Shown: positions 47,877 through 57,608 of the stretch, one piece after another
Layout: each line of letters starts with the position of its first letter
Numbering within the stretch: position 1 is the first letter of the stretch
Source: Planctomycetota bacterium
GTDB taxonomy: Bacteria; Planctomycetota; B15-G4
Assembly: GCA_029245865.1 (NCBI GenBank)
Contig: JAQWOM010000043.1
Location: 76,846 to 140,845, forward strand
DNA: 64,000 nt
Direction: 5' to 3'
Notes under the pieces: generated by a model
Seen by the model: only the letters and a program-made list of their open reading frames with translations
Told to the model about the DNA's origin: nothing
Database searches by the model: none
Position numbers and translations under genes: made by a program

Positions 47877-47964
47877 TGGCGGAGAGGGTGGGATTCGAAC
47901 CCACGGATCCTCGCGGATCAACGGTTTTCGAGACCGCCACAATCGACCACTCTGTCACCTCTCC
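47877..47964 (-). tRNA. tRNA-Ser (anticodon CGA)
   Basis: Revcomp GGAGAGGTGACAGAGTGGTCGATTGTGGCGGTCTCGAAAACCGTTGATCCGCGAGGATCCGTGGGTTCGAATCCCACCCTCTCCGCCA. Long variable arm, anticodon loop CTCGAAA, encoded CCA. Confidence 0.8.
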
Positions 47965-48056
47965 TGGGCAAAACCATGCTGCGATGCAACGGCGTGCGCG
48001 TCGACTTCCGTCACGGGTTCCTGCAAGTACCACTCATTCTTCCGCGCACGAAAGAA

Positions 48057-48148
48057 TTGGCGGAGAGGGTGGGATTCGAACCCACGGAACGGTTTGACCC
48101 GTTCACTCGCTTTCCAAGCGAGCACAATCGGCCACTCTGTCACCTCTC
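48057..48148 (-). tRNA. tRNA-Ser (anticodon GGA)
   Basis: Revcomp GGAGAGGTGACAGAGTGGCCGATTGTGCTCGCTTGGAAAGCGAG...GTGGGTTCGAATCCCACCCTCTCCGCCA. Anticodon loop TTGGAAA; long variable arm. Confidence 0.8.
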
Positions 48149-48235
48149 CTGACCCGGTCTCTGGCTCCCTGTCCGCAAGCACGCGCTCCAGGAAGCAGAA
48201 ACCGATCGGACATTGTAGGAACCGGCTCCCACGGC

Positions 48236-48742
48236 TCAACCGTGTGGTTTGCCCTTCCCTCGGCGCGCCCTGAAGAACTCCGTGAGCATCTGGCCACAGG
48301 CCTCCCCGAAACGGGGTTCGTGAAGGGTCACACGGTGATTCAGGCGCGGATCCCGCACGACATCCCGCAAGGAACCGCAAGCACCGGTTTTGGGATCGGC
48401 GGCACCGAAGATCAAATGATCCACGCGGGCCAGGACGATGGCGCCCGCACACATGGCGCAGGGCTCCAGAGTCACAGCGAGCAGGCAACCCGGAGGAACT
48501 CGCGGGGCACCAAGCCGTACGCAGCATGCGGACAGGACCAGTCGCTCCGCATGGGCCGTAGGGTCCGAGCGGGTCTCAATCTCGTTGTGAGCTCGCCCCA
48601 TGAGTTCACCGTCGGGCGCCACAAGAACAGCACCCACAGGCACTTCTGACAGCGCAGCGGCCTGGCGCGCATCCTCCAAGGCCCACTGCATCGCCTGATC
48701 AAGCCGAGAATCATCCGGCATCTGTTGGGGGTTCTTATTCAT
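48236..48742 (-). CDS. tadA: tRNA-specific adenosine deaminase
   Basis: CDA-fold zinc motifs HAE...PCAMC (..TAHAERLVL.....TLEPCAMCAGAI..). About 169 aa starting at MNKNPQQ. Confidence 0.75.
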   Translation of the reverse strand: MNKNPQQMPDDSRLDQAMQWALEDARQAAALSEVPVGAVLVAPDGELMGRAHNEIETRSDPTAHAERLVLSACCVRLGAPRVPPGCLLAVTLEPCAMCAGAIVLARVDHLIFGAADPKTGACGSLRDVVRDPRLNHRVTLHEPRFGEACGQMLTEFFRARRGKGKPHG

Positions 48743-48958
48743 GCGCGAGATGGCGAGCTTCTGGAGCTTCTGCTTGAGGGCTCGAAAGGATCGATCTGCA
48801 AGATTCGCAGAGCCTTGGGCACTCGAAGGTACTGATTCGCCCCCGGTGAACGCAGACGGCGAAAGCAAAACAGGTCCGAATCAGGCACTGAGAGGCCCTT
48901 GAGACGTATTCCTGCGCTTTCGCCAGCCCTCTCCCAACCGTCCTTACAAAAGGAGGGT

Positions 48959-49035
<77 letters not shown>

Positions 49036-49529
49036 ATCCGACGCAGCGGGCTGTCTCACGACAACCAAAGAAAGAACAGAAAGAACATTCCCCCGCCCTC
49101 TCTGTCAACACCCCACACCATCCCTATCTCGGTTCGAAGTACCCCCGGCTTGGTGCAATCGCGGTTATTTTTCACCGAATTCTGGAAAAAGTTTCGAGTG
49201 AAACATCGCTTCAACCGCGAGACGTGTTCCGACGACGCCGTGCGTCATTCTTGGCGCTCGTACACGCCCAACACAGCGCACGTGTTGTGAGAAAAAACCC
49301 GAGAGAAAAAGGGTTTTCGCAAATGCAGACGTGTTCCGTGCACTTCCAACTTCCTTGTGCATAACTCTCAAGCAAAGCCACGCGCAGACCTCGATTCTCT
49401 GTCGTTCAGAGGACTTCCGGGATGGAATCGGCATGTTCGGCGCTTCATCCTGCCCGCATCCCACCGATCCAATAACCGAGGGGCATGTGCCCCCTCACAC
49501 ATCCTTTTGCAAAAGGGAGATCCCTGATC

Positions 49530-49847
49530 ATGGCTAAGAAGAAAGCCACTAGAAAAAAAGCGACTCGCAAGAAGGCGACGCGTAAGAAGGCAACGCGTAA
49601 GAAGGCCACGCGTAAAAAGGCAACTCGCAAGAAGGCGACCCGCAAGAAGGCGACTCGCAAGAAGGCGACTCGCAAGAAGGCGACTCGTAAGAAGGCGACC
49701 CGCAAGAAGGCGACCCGCAAGAAGGCGACTCGCAAGAAGGCGACTCGCAAGAAGGCGACTCGCAAGAAGGCGACCCGCAAGAAGGCCACGCGCAAGAAGG
49801 CCACTCGCAAGAAGGCCACGCGCAAGAAGGCCACGCGCAGGAAGTAG
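49530..49847 (+). CDS. histone H1-like lysine-rich repeat protein, about 20 tandem KKATR pentapeptides (AlgP/Hc1/BpH1-like)
   Basis: MAKKKATRKKATRKK... to the stop; GGGAGA Shine-Dalgarno 9 nt upstream of ATG. 15-nt coding repeat with synonymous third-position variation, which argues for selection on the protein. Confidence 0.7.
   Translation: MAKKKATRKKATRKKATRKKATRKKATRKKATRKKATRKKATRKKATRKKATRKKATRKKATRKKATRKKATRKKATRKKATRKKATRKKATRKKATRKKATRRK
49545..49844 (+). repeat. 15-bp tandem coding repeat (aag aag gcN acN cgN), about 20 copies
   Basis: Directly visible periodicity; units differ only at synonymous positions. Confidence 0.9.
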
Positions 49848-49984
49848 TGCACGCCTGCCTTCGGGCAGCGTGATCCGCTCCTGAGCGGACGATGGGCGTC
49901 CTCCGGCAATCGGGGGGCGCCCATCAGCGTTTCTAGGCTAAAACCGGGGCTAAACCGTGGAAAGCCGCCCCCCCTAGATCCGCG

Positions 49985-50659
49985 TCAATCCGAAGCCACG
50001 ACCCAGGCTTCGAGGAACTCGGGGGTCAGTTCCGCCAGCGAGCCGAGGCATTGCAGTGCACCTGCCTCTTGATGAGACGCACCGTCGTCATCCTTGGGCG
50101 GCAAGGCGACAACAGCCATGCCAGCCCGAACGGCGGCCTCCACTCCGTGCACGGCATCCTCCACCACCAGGCAGCGAGCCGGATCACAGTCCAGTTGCCG
50201 TGCCGCCTCGAGGAAAAGATCGGGAGCAGGCTTCCCCCGTGCCACGTCGTCGAGACTGACAACGGCTCCGAGCAGGCGCCTCACTCCCAACTTATCCACA
50301 ACGAGATCGACCTGAAGCTTTCTCGCCGCAGAAGCGAGCCCCAACCGATAACCCTCAATGGACAATGCCAAGAGGCAATCAAGTGCTCCCTCCATCGGAA
50401 GCAGCGTTTGTGAGGCGAGCCGGTTCAAACTCGCCCGGATCCGCTCATGCGCCAGGCGCTCGGGGTCCTCATCCAGGCTGAACTTCTTCACGAGGAGCCC
50501 GAAGAATGCACTTTCAGACATACCTCGACAGGCGTCATAGGCAGACTGCTCGAGGAACGCTCCCCGCGCGCTGAGAACCTCATTGGTCGATGCGTAGTGC
50601 ATGGGCTCGCTGTCGACCAGCACGCCGTCCATGTCGAACACAACTGCCTCGATGTCCAC
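49985..50659 (-). CDS. HAD family hydrolase (beta-phosphoglucomutase-like subfamily IA)
   Basis: Motif I VVFDMDGVLVDSE, motif III K, motif IV ...VVEDAVHGVEAA. Confidence 0.7.
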   Translation of the reverse strand: MDIEAVVFDMDGVLVDSEPMHYASTNEVLSARGAFLEQSAYDACRGMSESAFFGLLVKKFSLDEDPERLAHERIRASLNRLASQTLLPMEGALDCLLALSIEGYRLGLASAARKLQVDLVVDKLGVRRLLGAVVSLDDVARGKPAPDLFLEAARQLDCDPARCLVVEDAVHGVEAAVRAGMAVVALPPKDDDGASHQEAGALQCLGSLAELTPEFLEAWVVASD

Positions 50660-50811
50660 CCGCGACTCCCGGTTTCAGGACATGCGTTCTACTCATCCCA
50701 CGTGTGACCGGTCCACTCCACGACAATGAAACCTTCGATTGACGCTTGTCTCACCCGCCCCAGGCCCTTAGAAAGATCCATATCGCAACCACGTTCCCCC
50801 ACGAGGAGCGC

Positions 50812-52464
50812 ATGACCACAACGGATTACGCCCCACCTGAAGAGCGGGAACGCTGGGGCTCACGGATTGGTCTCATCCTGGCCATGGCCGGGAATGCGGT
50901 CGGGCTCGGCAACTTCCTGCGCTTTCCGAATCAGGCAGCTCAGAACGGGCAAGGCGCCTTCATGGTCGCCTACTTCATCAGCCTCTTGCTGCTGGGCATC
51001 CCGCTCATGTGGATGGAGTGGGGCATCGGGCGACGCGGGGGACATTTCGGTTTCTCGACATGTCCGGGCATGTTCCAGAGTCTGACCCGCGCCAAGTGGG
51101 TCAAGTTCGCAGGTGCCATCGGCGTGGTCATGCCCCTGCTGATCGTCATCTACTACGTCTACATCGAGTCATGGACGCTGGGCTACGCGGTGCAATCCGC
51201 AACCGGAGTTCTCACCGGCGATGACCCCGCCGCACACTTCAAACGCTACCTCGGTGACGGTGGCGGGTTCCTGGGCTTCGAGAGCTTGCAAGGATCGTGG
51301 GAGGCCTACGGTTTCTTTGGCATCACCATCGCGGTGAACCTCTGGGTTCTGTCACGCGGACTTTCCAAGGGCATCGAAGTCATTGCCAAGATCGGCATGC
51401 CGATCCTGTTGCTATGTGCCGTCGCTCTGGTCGCGCGAGTTCTCAGCTTGCCTGACGTCGACGGTCGAACCGCACTGGATGGACTCGCCATTTACTGGGA
51501 CCCCTCCCAGTGGAAGGCACTCTTTGACAATGCCCTCGCAGAAGATTTGTTCGGAAGGACGTCAGCCATCATCTGGCTCGCGGCCGCGGGCCAGATTTTC
51601 TTCACACTCTCCGTTGGTTCGGGGGCCATCAACACCTACGCCTCCTACGTCAAGCGGGACGAAGATGTCGCGCTCACCGGACTCGCCACCGTCTCGACGA
51701 ACGAGTTCTGCGAGGTGATCCTGGGCGGCACCCTTGCGATTCCGGCCGCCTATGTGTTCACCGGCATGTCCGGCGTCATGGAGGGGAGCGGCAGCAACAT
51801 GGGGTTGGCCTTCATCACCATGCCCGATGTCTTTGAGCAGATCCCCCTCTTCGGGCAAGCCTCCGGCGTCGCGATTCTTGGAACCCTGTGGTTTGGGCTG
51901 TTGTTCGTGGCTGGCATCACGTCCTCGCTTGCACTGTCCCAGCCCACCATGGCCTTCTTCCAGGACACCATGGGGCTCACAAGGCGCAAGTCGGCCATGG
52001 TGGTGGGAGCGATCATCCTGATCTTCGTTCAACCCGTGATCCTGATGGAAGGCGTGCTGGACGAGATCGACTACTGGGCTGGCACCTTCGGACTCGTGTT
52101 CTTTTCGACCATCGAAGTGATCCTGTTCATGTGGGTCTTTGGAGCAGGGAACGCCTGGAAAGAGATCCACCTCGGCTCCGACATACGCATCCCACGCATC
52201 TTCAAGTTCATCATGACCTGGGTGACTCCGATTGTGCTGCTGCTGATGCTCTACACCTGGGGCAAGGATGTCGCCCTGGAAGTGCTCCAGTTCCGCGACA
52301 ATCCAAACGGCGATCCCTACACAGAGGCTGGCAAGGTCGGTGCCTACGTGGGGCGCACGCTCATGATCACGCTCTTCGCGTTCTTTGTGGTCATGGTTGG
52401 AGTGGCGGCACGACGCGGGCGTTTCAAGCGCGTCGAGCATCTACAGCCGGAGGATTCAGCATGA
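50812..52464 (+). CDS. sodium-dependent transporter, neurotransmitter:sodium symporter (NSS/SNF) family
   Basis: ...GLILAMAGNAVGLGNFLRFPNQAAQNGQGAFMVAYF... is the NSS TM1 signature. 12 TM helices. Confidence 0.8.
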   Translation: MTTTDYAPPEERERWGSRIGLILAMAGNAVGLGNFLRFPNQAAQNGQGAFMVAYFISLLLLGIPLMWMEWGIGRRGGHFGFSTCPGMFQSLTRAKWVKFAGAIGVVMPLLIVIYYVYIESWTLGYAVQSATGVLTGDDPAAHFKRYLGDGGGFLGFESLQGSWEAYGFFGITIAVNLWVLSRGLSKGIEVIAKIGMPILLLCAVALVARVLSLPDVDGRTALDGLAIYWDPSQWKALFDNALAEDLFGRTSAIIWLAAAGQIFFTLSVGSGAINTYASYVKRDEDVALTGLATVSTNEFCEVILGGTLAIPAAYVFTGMSGVMEGSGSNMGLAFITMPDVFEQIPLFGQASGVAILGTLWFGLLFVAGITSSLALSQPTMAFFQDTMGLTRRKSAMVVGAIILIFVQPVILMEGVLDEIDYWAGTFGLVFFSTIEVILFMWVFGAGNAWKEIHLGSDIRIPRIFKFIMTWVTPIVLLLMLYTWGKDVALEVLQFRDNPNGDPYTEAGKVGAYVGRTLMITLFAFFVVMVGVAARRGRFKRVEHLQPEDSA

Positions 52465-52640
52465 ACGATCTTGCCTCGACACTCGGCTTGCAGGCTGCTG
52501 CAGACCTCACACCCGTGATGGGACTCGGGGGATGGCTCTTCATGGGACTGGCTTGGTTGGCCGTCACCATCCTGCTCGTCTGGTCGTACGTGCGCGTGCT
52601 CTCTGGATCGGCTGACGGATCCGACACTGACCCGTCGTGA
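52461..52640 (+). CDS. small single-TM protein coupled to NSS transporter (MetS-like small subunit candidate)
   Basis: 59 aa, MNDLASTLGLQAAADLTPVMGLGGWLFMGLAWLAVTILLVWSYVRVL.... ATG overlaps the transporter stop (ATGA). Confidence 0.5.
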   Translation: MNDLASTLGLQAAADLTPVMGLGGWLFMGLAWLAVTILLVWSYVRVLSGSADGSDTDPS

Positions 52641-53092
52641 CAAACGCCAGTCGGAGTGCCCGCCGTCAATTGGTGGAGCGCGCACGCCAAGAACTCCCCC
52701 GGCCGGGCGACCCACGACTGCTCATAGAAGACTTCCTTGAGCAGAACCTCTCCGGGCCCGAGCTCCTGGAAGTCTTGAGTCGAACGAGCCTGGCCTGGAC
52801 TCAGCTGCGCGACATGGGCCTTGAACGCTCATGGCAAGGTGGCTTTGGATGGTTTCTCGCCAGAAATCTGATGATCTTCGGCGCACTAGCTCTACTCTTC
52901 GCCCTCTCCATGGGCGTCCCGCCCCTTCCACTTGAATCTGCACTCGTCGGCGCCGCGGCTTACTACGTGCTCGTGATGATTCTCATGCCCCTACGTATTC
53001 GCAGGCACGTTCGCCGTCGCGAGGGCATCTTGCGCGCCTATCAGGAAGACCTGGGTGACTACCTCAAGACGCTTGAGTCACCCACCCCCTGA
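52637..53092 (+). CDS. hypothetical membrane protein
   Basis: GTG start overlapping the upstream stop (GTGA). Two hydrophobic helices in the C-terminal half. Confidence 0.4.
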   Translation: MTNASRSARRQLVERARQELPRPGDPRLLIEDFLEQNLSGPELLEVLSRTSLAWTQLRDMGLERSWQGGFGWFLARNLMIFGALALLFALSMGVPPLPLESALVGAAAYYVLVMILMPLRIRRHVRRREGILRAYQEDLGDYLKTLESPTP

Positions 53093-53095
53093 GCT

Positions 53096-54397
53096 TCAGG
53101 CCGCTTCACCGTGATCGTCCAGGTGCCCCCCCGCGTCGGTCTCGAGCAGATCGCCGAACTCTCTGCTGAGTTCACCCTGAACGCAGGAAATCAACAGGGG
53201 CCGATTCTCGAGTCGCGTGTGGAGTCGCACCGGCCCTCCCCACAGAGCAGCGAGATTTTTGAGTGTGTCATCGGCCGCTGCCATCTGGAGTTCCTGCCCA
53301 CTCCAGCAATGCTCGAGTGACAGTTCACCATCACCCCCCTCGCACATCCGGATGAGGGGCTGCCCACCGTTGGTCAAACTCGAAAGAAGCTGCTCCCGCG
53401 CCATGGCACGGTCCTCTTGCGTCTTTCCTAGTTTGTGATGACGACAGAAATCGTCATCCATGAAGTTTTCGACAAAAGTCAGATCGTTGTGCACCGCTCG
53501 AACATCGAACAACTTGGCGAGAGCCGCCTCACCGCCGCCGTGCGCCTTCTCGATGGAGCGGAACAGTTCGAGGCCCAGTTTGTACGGATTCATCGGTCCG
53601 TCACTCCCACCCATGGCGCCACTGTGCTGATCTGCGTAATCAACAACCTCCGCATCACACAGCAGGCTGCTGGTCATGAGGCGACTGTGCCAGAAGCTGG
53701 CCCAGCCTTCGTTCATGACCTTGGTCAGCATCTGTGGCAAGAAGTAGTACGCCTCATCCCGCAGAATCGAGAGCACTTCTTGCTCCCAATCTGCCAGCGG
53801 GGCATCCAGCAGAAGGCGGCCAAGAATATCTCGTTCGCTGACGCCCCTGGCACTGCCCAGCGGTGGTGCATTCCCATGCTGCCCCCTCGCTCGAGCCATG
53901 GCGCCGTGATCCACCAGATTGTCCAAACTGTGCACCCGGTCGATGAATGACTCGACCACTTCCATGCCGTGACGGTCTGACAGAGCCCGTATCCGGGCTC
54001 CGTGGCTGGCCATGCCGTCCATCATGTTTCCGTCGGTGTGTGAAAACCACGCGTTGTTCGCGAAGAAGTCTGCGTGGCCGCACACGTGAGCCATCACCAG
54101 CTTTTGTTCCACAGCGGAGTTCTGACTGAGTAAATACGCCACAACCGGTCGCGTGTTCACCACCAACTCGTAGATCCGCTGCAATCCATACGTGTGGCCC
54201 TTGATCAGTCGGTCGTACTCCATGCCGAAACGCCAATAGGGATAGCGCACGGGGAATCCGCCGAGTGCGGCGATTTCATTGAGCTGCCGGTGGTCCACGA
54301 CTTCGTACACGACCTCTGGAAACTGCAAGCCTCGGCCACGAGCGAGCGACTCGACCTCCTCTTGGAGAGACGTCAATTCAGGCGAGAGGGCGCTCAT
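53096..54397 (-). CDS. SpoVR family protein
   Basis: ...YPYWRFGMEYDRLIKGHTYGLQRIYELVVNTRPVVAYLL...HVCGHADFF... matches the SpoVR N-terminal conserved region. Confidence 0.8.
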   Translation of the reverse strand: MSALSPELTSLQEEVESLARGRGLQFPEVVYEVVDHRQLNEIAALGGFPVRYPYWRFGMEYDRLIKGHTYGLQRIYELVVNTRPVVAYLLSQNSAVEQKLVMAHVCGHADFFANNAWFSHTDGNMMDGMASHGARIRALSDRHGMEVVESFIDRVHSLDNLVDHGAMARARGQHGNAPPLGSARGVSERDILGRLLLDAPLADWEQEVLSILRDEAYYFLPQMLTKVMNEGWASFWHSRLMTSSLLCDAEVVDYADQHSGAMGGSDGPMNPYKLGLELFRSIEKAHGGGEAALAKLFDVRAVHNDLTFVENFMDDDFCRHHKLGKTQEDRAMAREQLLSSLTNGGQPLIRMCEGGDGELSLEHCWSGQELQMAAADDTLKNLAALWGGPVRLHTRLENRPLLISCVQGELSREFGDLLETDAGGHLDDHGEAA

Positions 54398-54399
54398 AC

Positions 54400-55509
54400 T
54401 CAGAGCCCCTTACCGAGGAAAGTTTTGATCGCAGGAAGAATGCCGTCTCGGTCAAGGATCTCAGCACTGATCACATGCTCCTGACCTGTCACAGAGTCGT
54501 CGAGATCTTTCATGAACTGCCCCGACCCGTAAGCGCTCTTCACTTGTCCGTAGCAAAACATGTTGGCACCTGGCAGCAGGCGCTCGCGAAGCAACTCAAG
54601 GCACTTCTCGGTATCTCGGCCACTCCAATTGTCTCCATCCGAGAAATGAAACAGATACACGTTCCAATCCGATGCGGGGAACTGCGTGTCAATCATTTCG
54701 GCGGCGAGTTCGTAAGCGGAACTGATCTTCGTGCCACCGGACTCCCTGAGCCTGTAAAAGGTTTCCTGATCGACTTCCTTCGCGGCCGCATCGTGCACCA
54801 TGTAGCGCGTCTCCAGGCTGCGATACTGACTACGCAGCCAGGTGTCGATCCAGAAAGACACAAGCCTCACGATCTCTTTCTGCTCTCTCCCCATCGAGCC
54901 TGAAACGTCCATCATGTACAGAATCATCGCTGCGTGGTCGGGAGTGGTGACGTCCCGGAACGCGCGATAACGCAGGTCGTCTGCGATGGGAATAAGTTGC
55001 GGGTGGTCCGGGTCGTAACTCGCCTCGCCGATCTGCCGTTTCAATGTCTCTTTCATCGTTCGCCGAAGATGGCGAAGCGACCGCGGCCCACTTCGGCTCA
55101 CGCTGTTGTACTTACGACTCGCAACCTCTACGCGAGCCCGGCCACGGGGCTCGATGTTGGGCAACTCGAGTTCTTCACCAAGAATGGCCGCCATTTCGTC
55201 CAGTCGCAGCTCCACTTCCAGCAAGTGCTGACCAGCCTCACTTCCAGCGCTGCCGACAACATCACTTTCGTCGCCGGGACCCTCCGAAGGGTTCTCATTC
55301 GCGCCGGCGCCCTGCCCACCACCGTTCGTCCCATGCCGCAAGCGGGGCAACTCGATACGAGGCACCGGAATGGAAACGAGTTGCCGCCCCCGCCTCCCGA
55401 CCATCTCACTTCCCGTCAGATACTGCTTGAGATCGCGCTTGATCTGACCGCGCACGATGTCGTCGAAACGCCGCCGGTCCCGTTCGATACGCCCCACGGG
55501 GTTCGTCAC
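54400..55509 (-). CDS. YeaH/YhbH (DUF444) family protein with vWA-like domain
   Basis: MTNPVGRIERDRRRFDDIVRGQIKRDLKQYL... matches the DUF444 N-terminus. Sits between prkA and spoVR as in the canonical triad. Confidence 0.75.
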   Translation of the reverse strand: MTNPVGRIERDRRRFDDIVRGQIKRDLKQYLTGSEMVGRRGRQLVSIPVPRIELPRLRHGTNGGGQGAGANENPSEGPGDESDVVGSAGSEAGQHLLEVELRLDEMAAILGEELELPNIEPRGRARVEVASRKYNSVSRSGPRSLRHLRRTMKETLKRQIGEASYDPDHPQLIPIADDLRYRAFRDVTTPDHAAMILYMMDVSGSMGREQKEIVRLVSFWIDTWLRSQYRSLETRYMVHDAAAKEVDQETFYRLRESGGTKISSAYELAAEMIDTQFPASDWNVYLFHFSDGDNWSGRDTEKCLELLRERLLPGANMFCYGQVKSAYGSGQFMKDLDDSVTGQEHVISAEILDRDGILPAIKTFLGKGL

Positions 55510-57608
55510 GATTCGCCATCCTGCTCCGGCTCAACCAGCTTGGCATCACCTCGAGCAAAGACCCCTGCCACATGCTCCAACGCCCGCCCCGCACACCTTT
55601 CGCAGTAACCGGTGTCCGTCACGAGGCGGCCTGCGATCAGTTCCACCTTCTCCAGAACATCACGATCCACCACGGTGCTAGTCGCGGCCGTGAGCTTGAA
55701 GGTGTCCCGGCTATCCTCAAACAACTTCAACTCGAGCGCAGACCGCAAGCGAGGGTTCGACATGTAGTGAAAGCTTTCACCTCGCACCGCGAGAGCTTCG
55801 ATGTAGTTCACGATCTCACCACGAAAATCGGCCTTTCGTGATTCGGTCACGCCAATCTTTTCCTCGACTGACCTCATCAGACGCTCATCGCCGGGGCCAT
55901 CGTTTTGAACAAAATCCGTCACTGCATCGACGTAGTTGCAACACAAGCGGCAAACCGCTTCCGCGTCCCCCACGACAGCTTCGCGGACCTCGGCCTTGAT
56001 TCGCTCCTCGATTTCCTCGCGCACCAACGCGATCAGTTCCATGAAATGGCGTTTCCGCTCCTCGCTGTCCATCAACGGATGGTCATCCAACCCATGTTCA
56101 AGTGAATCCAGAACATCAAAGGGCGTGAGGCAGGGCGGCGCGCCATCGGCCACCAAGGCCGCAGCAATACGGTCCTGGACATAGCGTGGCGAGATGCCAT
56201 TCATGCCTTCCCCAACGGCTTCCCGGCGCAACTCGCTTGCCGTAGCAGAACCGAAACCATTCACAGCCTGGCCGTCATAGAGGTACATCTTCTGCATGAG
56301 CGAGATGCTGGCGTTCTTCGGCTCTTCCAACCTCGTCAACACGGCCCACATGGACGCTGCTTCGAGCGCATGTGGCGCGAGGTGACGTCCCGCGCATGAC
56401 GTCGTCCCGAAACTCTTGCGGTAAATGCGAACCTCCTGCCCGAATCGCCGGTTGTAGGGAATGTCGATCTTGCAGGTGCGGTCTCGAAAGGCCTCCATGA
56501 GTTCGTTGCCTTGCAGGCGCCGGTACTCGGGGCTGTTCGTGTGCCCTAAAATGACCTCGTCGATGTCAGTCTGCGCAAACTTCTTCGGCTTGACGGTCTG
56601 CTCCTGCGTGGCACCCAGCAAGTCGTAAAGAAAGGCCACATCGAGTTTCAGAATCTCTATGAACTCGATCATGCCGCGATTCGCGACATGGAATTCGCCA
56701 TCAAAGTTGAAAGCCCGTGGATCGCTATCCGATCCGTATTCCGCAATGTGCCGATAGTTGATGTCGCCGGTCAGTTCTGTGCTGTCCTGGTTCTTCTCAT
56801 CCTTGGGCTGAAAAGTGCCGATCCCCCGGCGGTCTTGCTCTGACAAGGTGAAGCGATAAACCTCGATGGCTCGCTCAACTGCTGCAAAATCGCCGCCCGA
56901 CTCGCGCATGATCTTGTCGTGGAAAAACCGACACAGCGGACAGGGTTCTCCAGTTGGCTGCAATTCATAATCACTGTCGAAACGCCGGTTGAGATCCGCA
57001 TACACGGAGCCCAGGACTTGCTTCGGCAAGAGGTGCAGCGGGTCTTCATGCATGGGGCAATCATGAACCTCACCGTCGATCACCCAGCGATAGCTGTAAA
57101 TGGCACCTTCCGAACGACGCGACATGTCCTGCAAGCCACGCTTCAACAATCGTGCAATGGTCGACTTGGAGCTTCCCACGGGTCCGTGCAACAACAACAC
57201 GCGATGCTCAGGTCCCAATCCATGGGATGCAGCACGTAGGTGGGCAACGAAGTCGGCAAGAGGTTGCTCGAGGCCAAAGATGGCATCGCTCCCCTTGTCG
57301 AAGGGATCTTCGAAAAACCGGTAGTGCACCGGCCGCTCGCTTCCAGGAGGGGGCGCATCGCACCCGAAGCCCTGAATCATGTCGAACATGCGCTGAAACG
57401 CATTACGCGCCAGCCTCGGATCTTCACGCACGAGTTCTAGATAGCTGGCAAGCGTTCCGGTCCAGTGGAGATCTTGCCAATGACTTCGTGTGTCGCCACG
57501 GCGGGCGAGGTTGATGTACGAAGGGATGCCAGCAAGCTCCTGGGAGTCGTCCTCGGACAACTCGCGTGGCGTACGGACAGGGCGGTCATCAATGCGGTCG
57601 TCATGCAT
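55506..57608 (-). CDS. prkA: PrkA family serine protein kinase (AAA+-like)
   Basis: Walker A LLHGPVGSSKST, PrkA C-terminal domain, about 700 aa. Confidence 0.85.
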   Translation of the reverse strand: MHDDRIDDRPVRTPRELSEDDSQELAGIPSYINLARRGDTRSHWQDLHWTGTLASYLELVREDPRLARNAFQRMFDMIQGFGCDAPPPGSERPVHYRFFEDPFDKGSDAIFGLEQPLADFVAHLRAASHGLGPEHRVLLLHGPVGSSKSTIARLLKRGLQDMSRRSEGAIYSYRWVIDGEVHDCPMHEDPLHLLPKQVLGSVYADLNRRFDSDYELQPTGEPCPLCRFFHDKIMRESGGDFAAVERAIEVYRFTLSEQDRRGIGTFQPKDEKNQDSTELTGDINYRHIAEYGSDSDPRAFNFDGEFHVANRGMIEFIEILKLDVAFLYDLLGATQEQTVKPKKFAQTDIDEVILGHTNSPEYRRLQGNELMEAFRDRTCKIDIPYNRRFGQEVRIYRKSFGTTSCAGRHLAPHALEAASMWAVLTRLEEPKNASISLMQKMYLYDGQAVNGFGSATASELRREAVGEGMNGISPRYVQDRIAAALVADGAPPCLTPFDVLDSLEHGLDDHPLMDSEERKRHFMELIALVREEIEERIKAEVREAVVGDAEAVCRLCCNYVDAVTDFVQNDGPGDERLMRSVEEKIGVTESRKADFRGEIVNYIEALAVRGESFHYMSNPRLRSALELKLFEDSRDTFKLTAATSTVVDRDVLEKVELIAGRLVTDTGYCERCAGRALEHVAGVFARGDAKLVEPEQDGES

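Noticed and set aside
49545-49844. Tandem 15-bp repeats considered as a possible CRISPR array
   Set aside because: Repeats are contiguous with no spacers, lie entirely in-frame within a CDS, and are too short. No cas genes nearby.
49445-49924. Minus-strand ORF encoding (VAFLR)n opposite the KKATR repeat gene
   Set aside because: Mirror-image artefact of the tandem repeat. The plus-strand gene has an SD, ATG and synonymous-site variation consistent with selection on KKATR.
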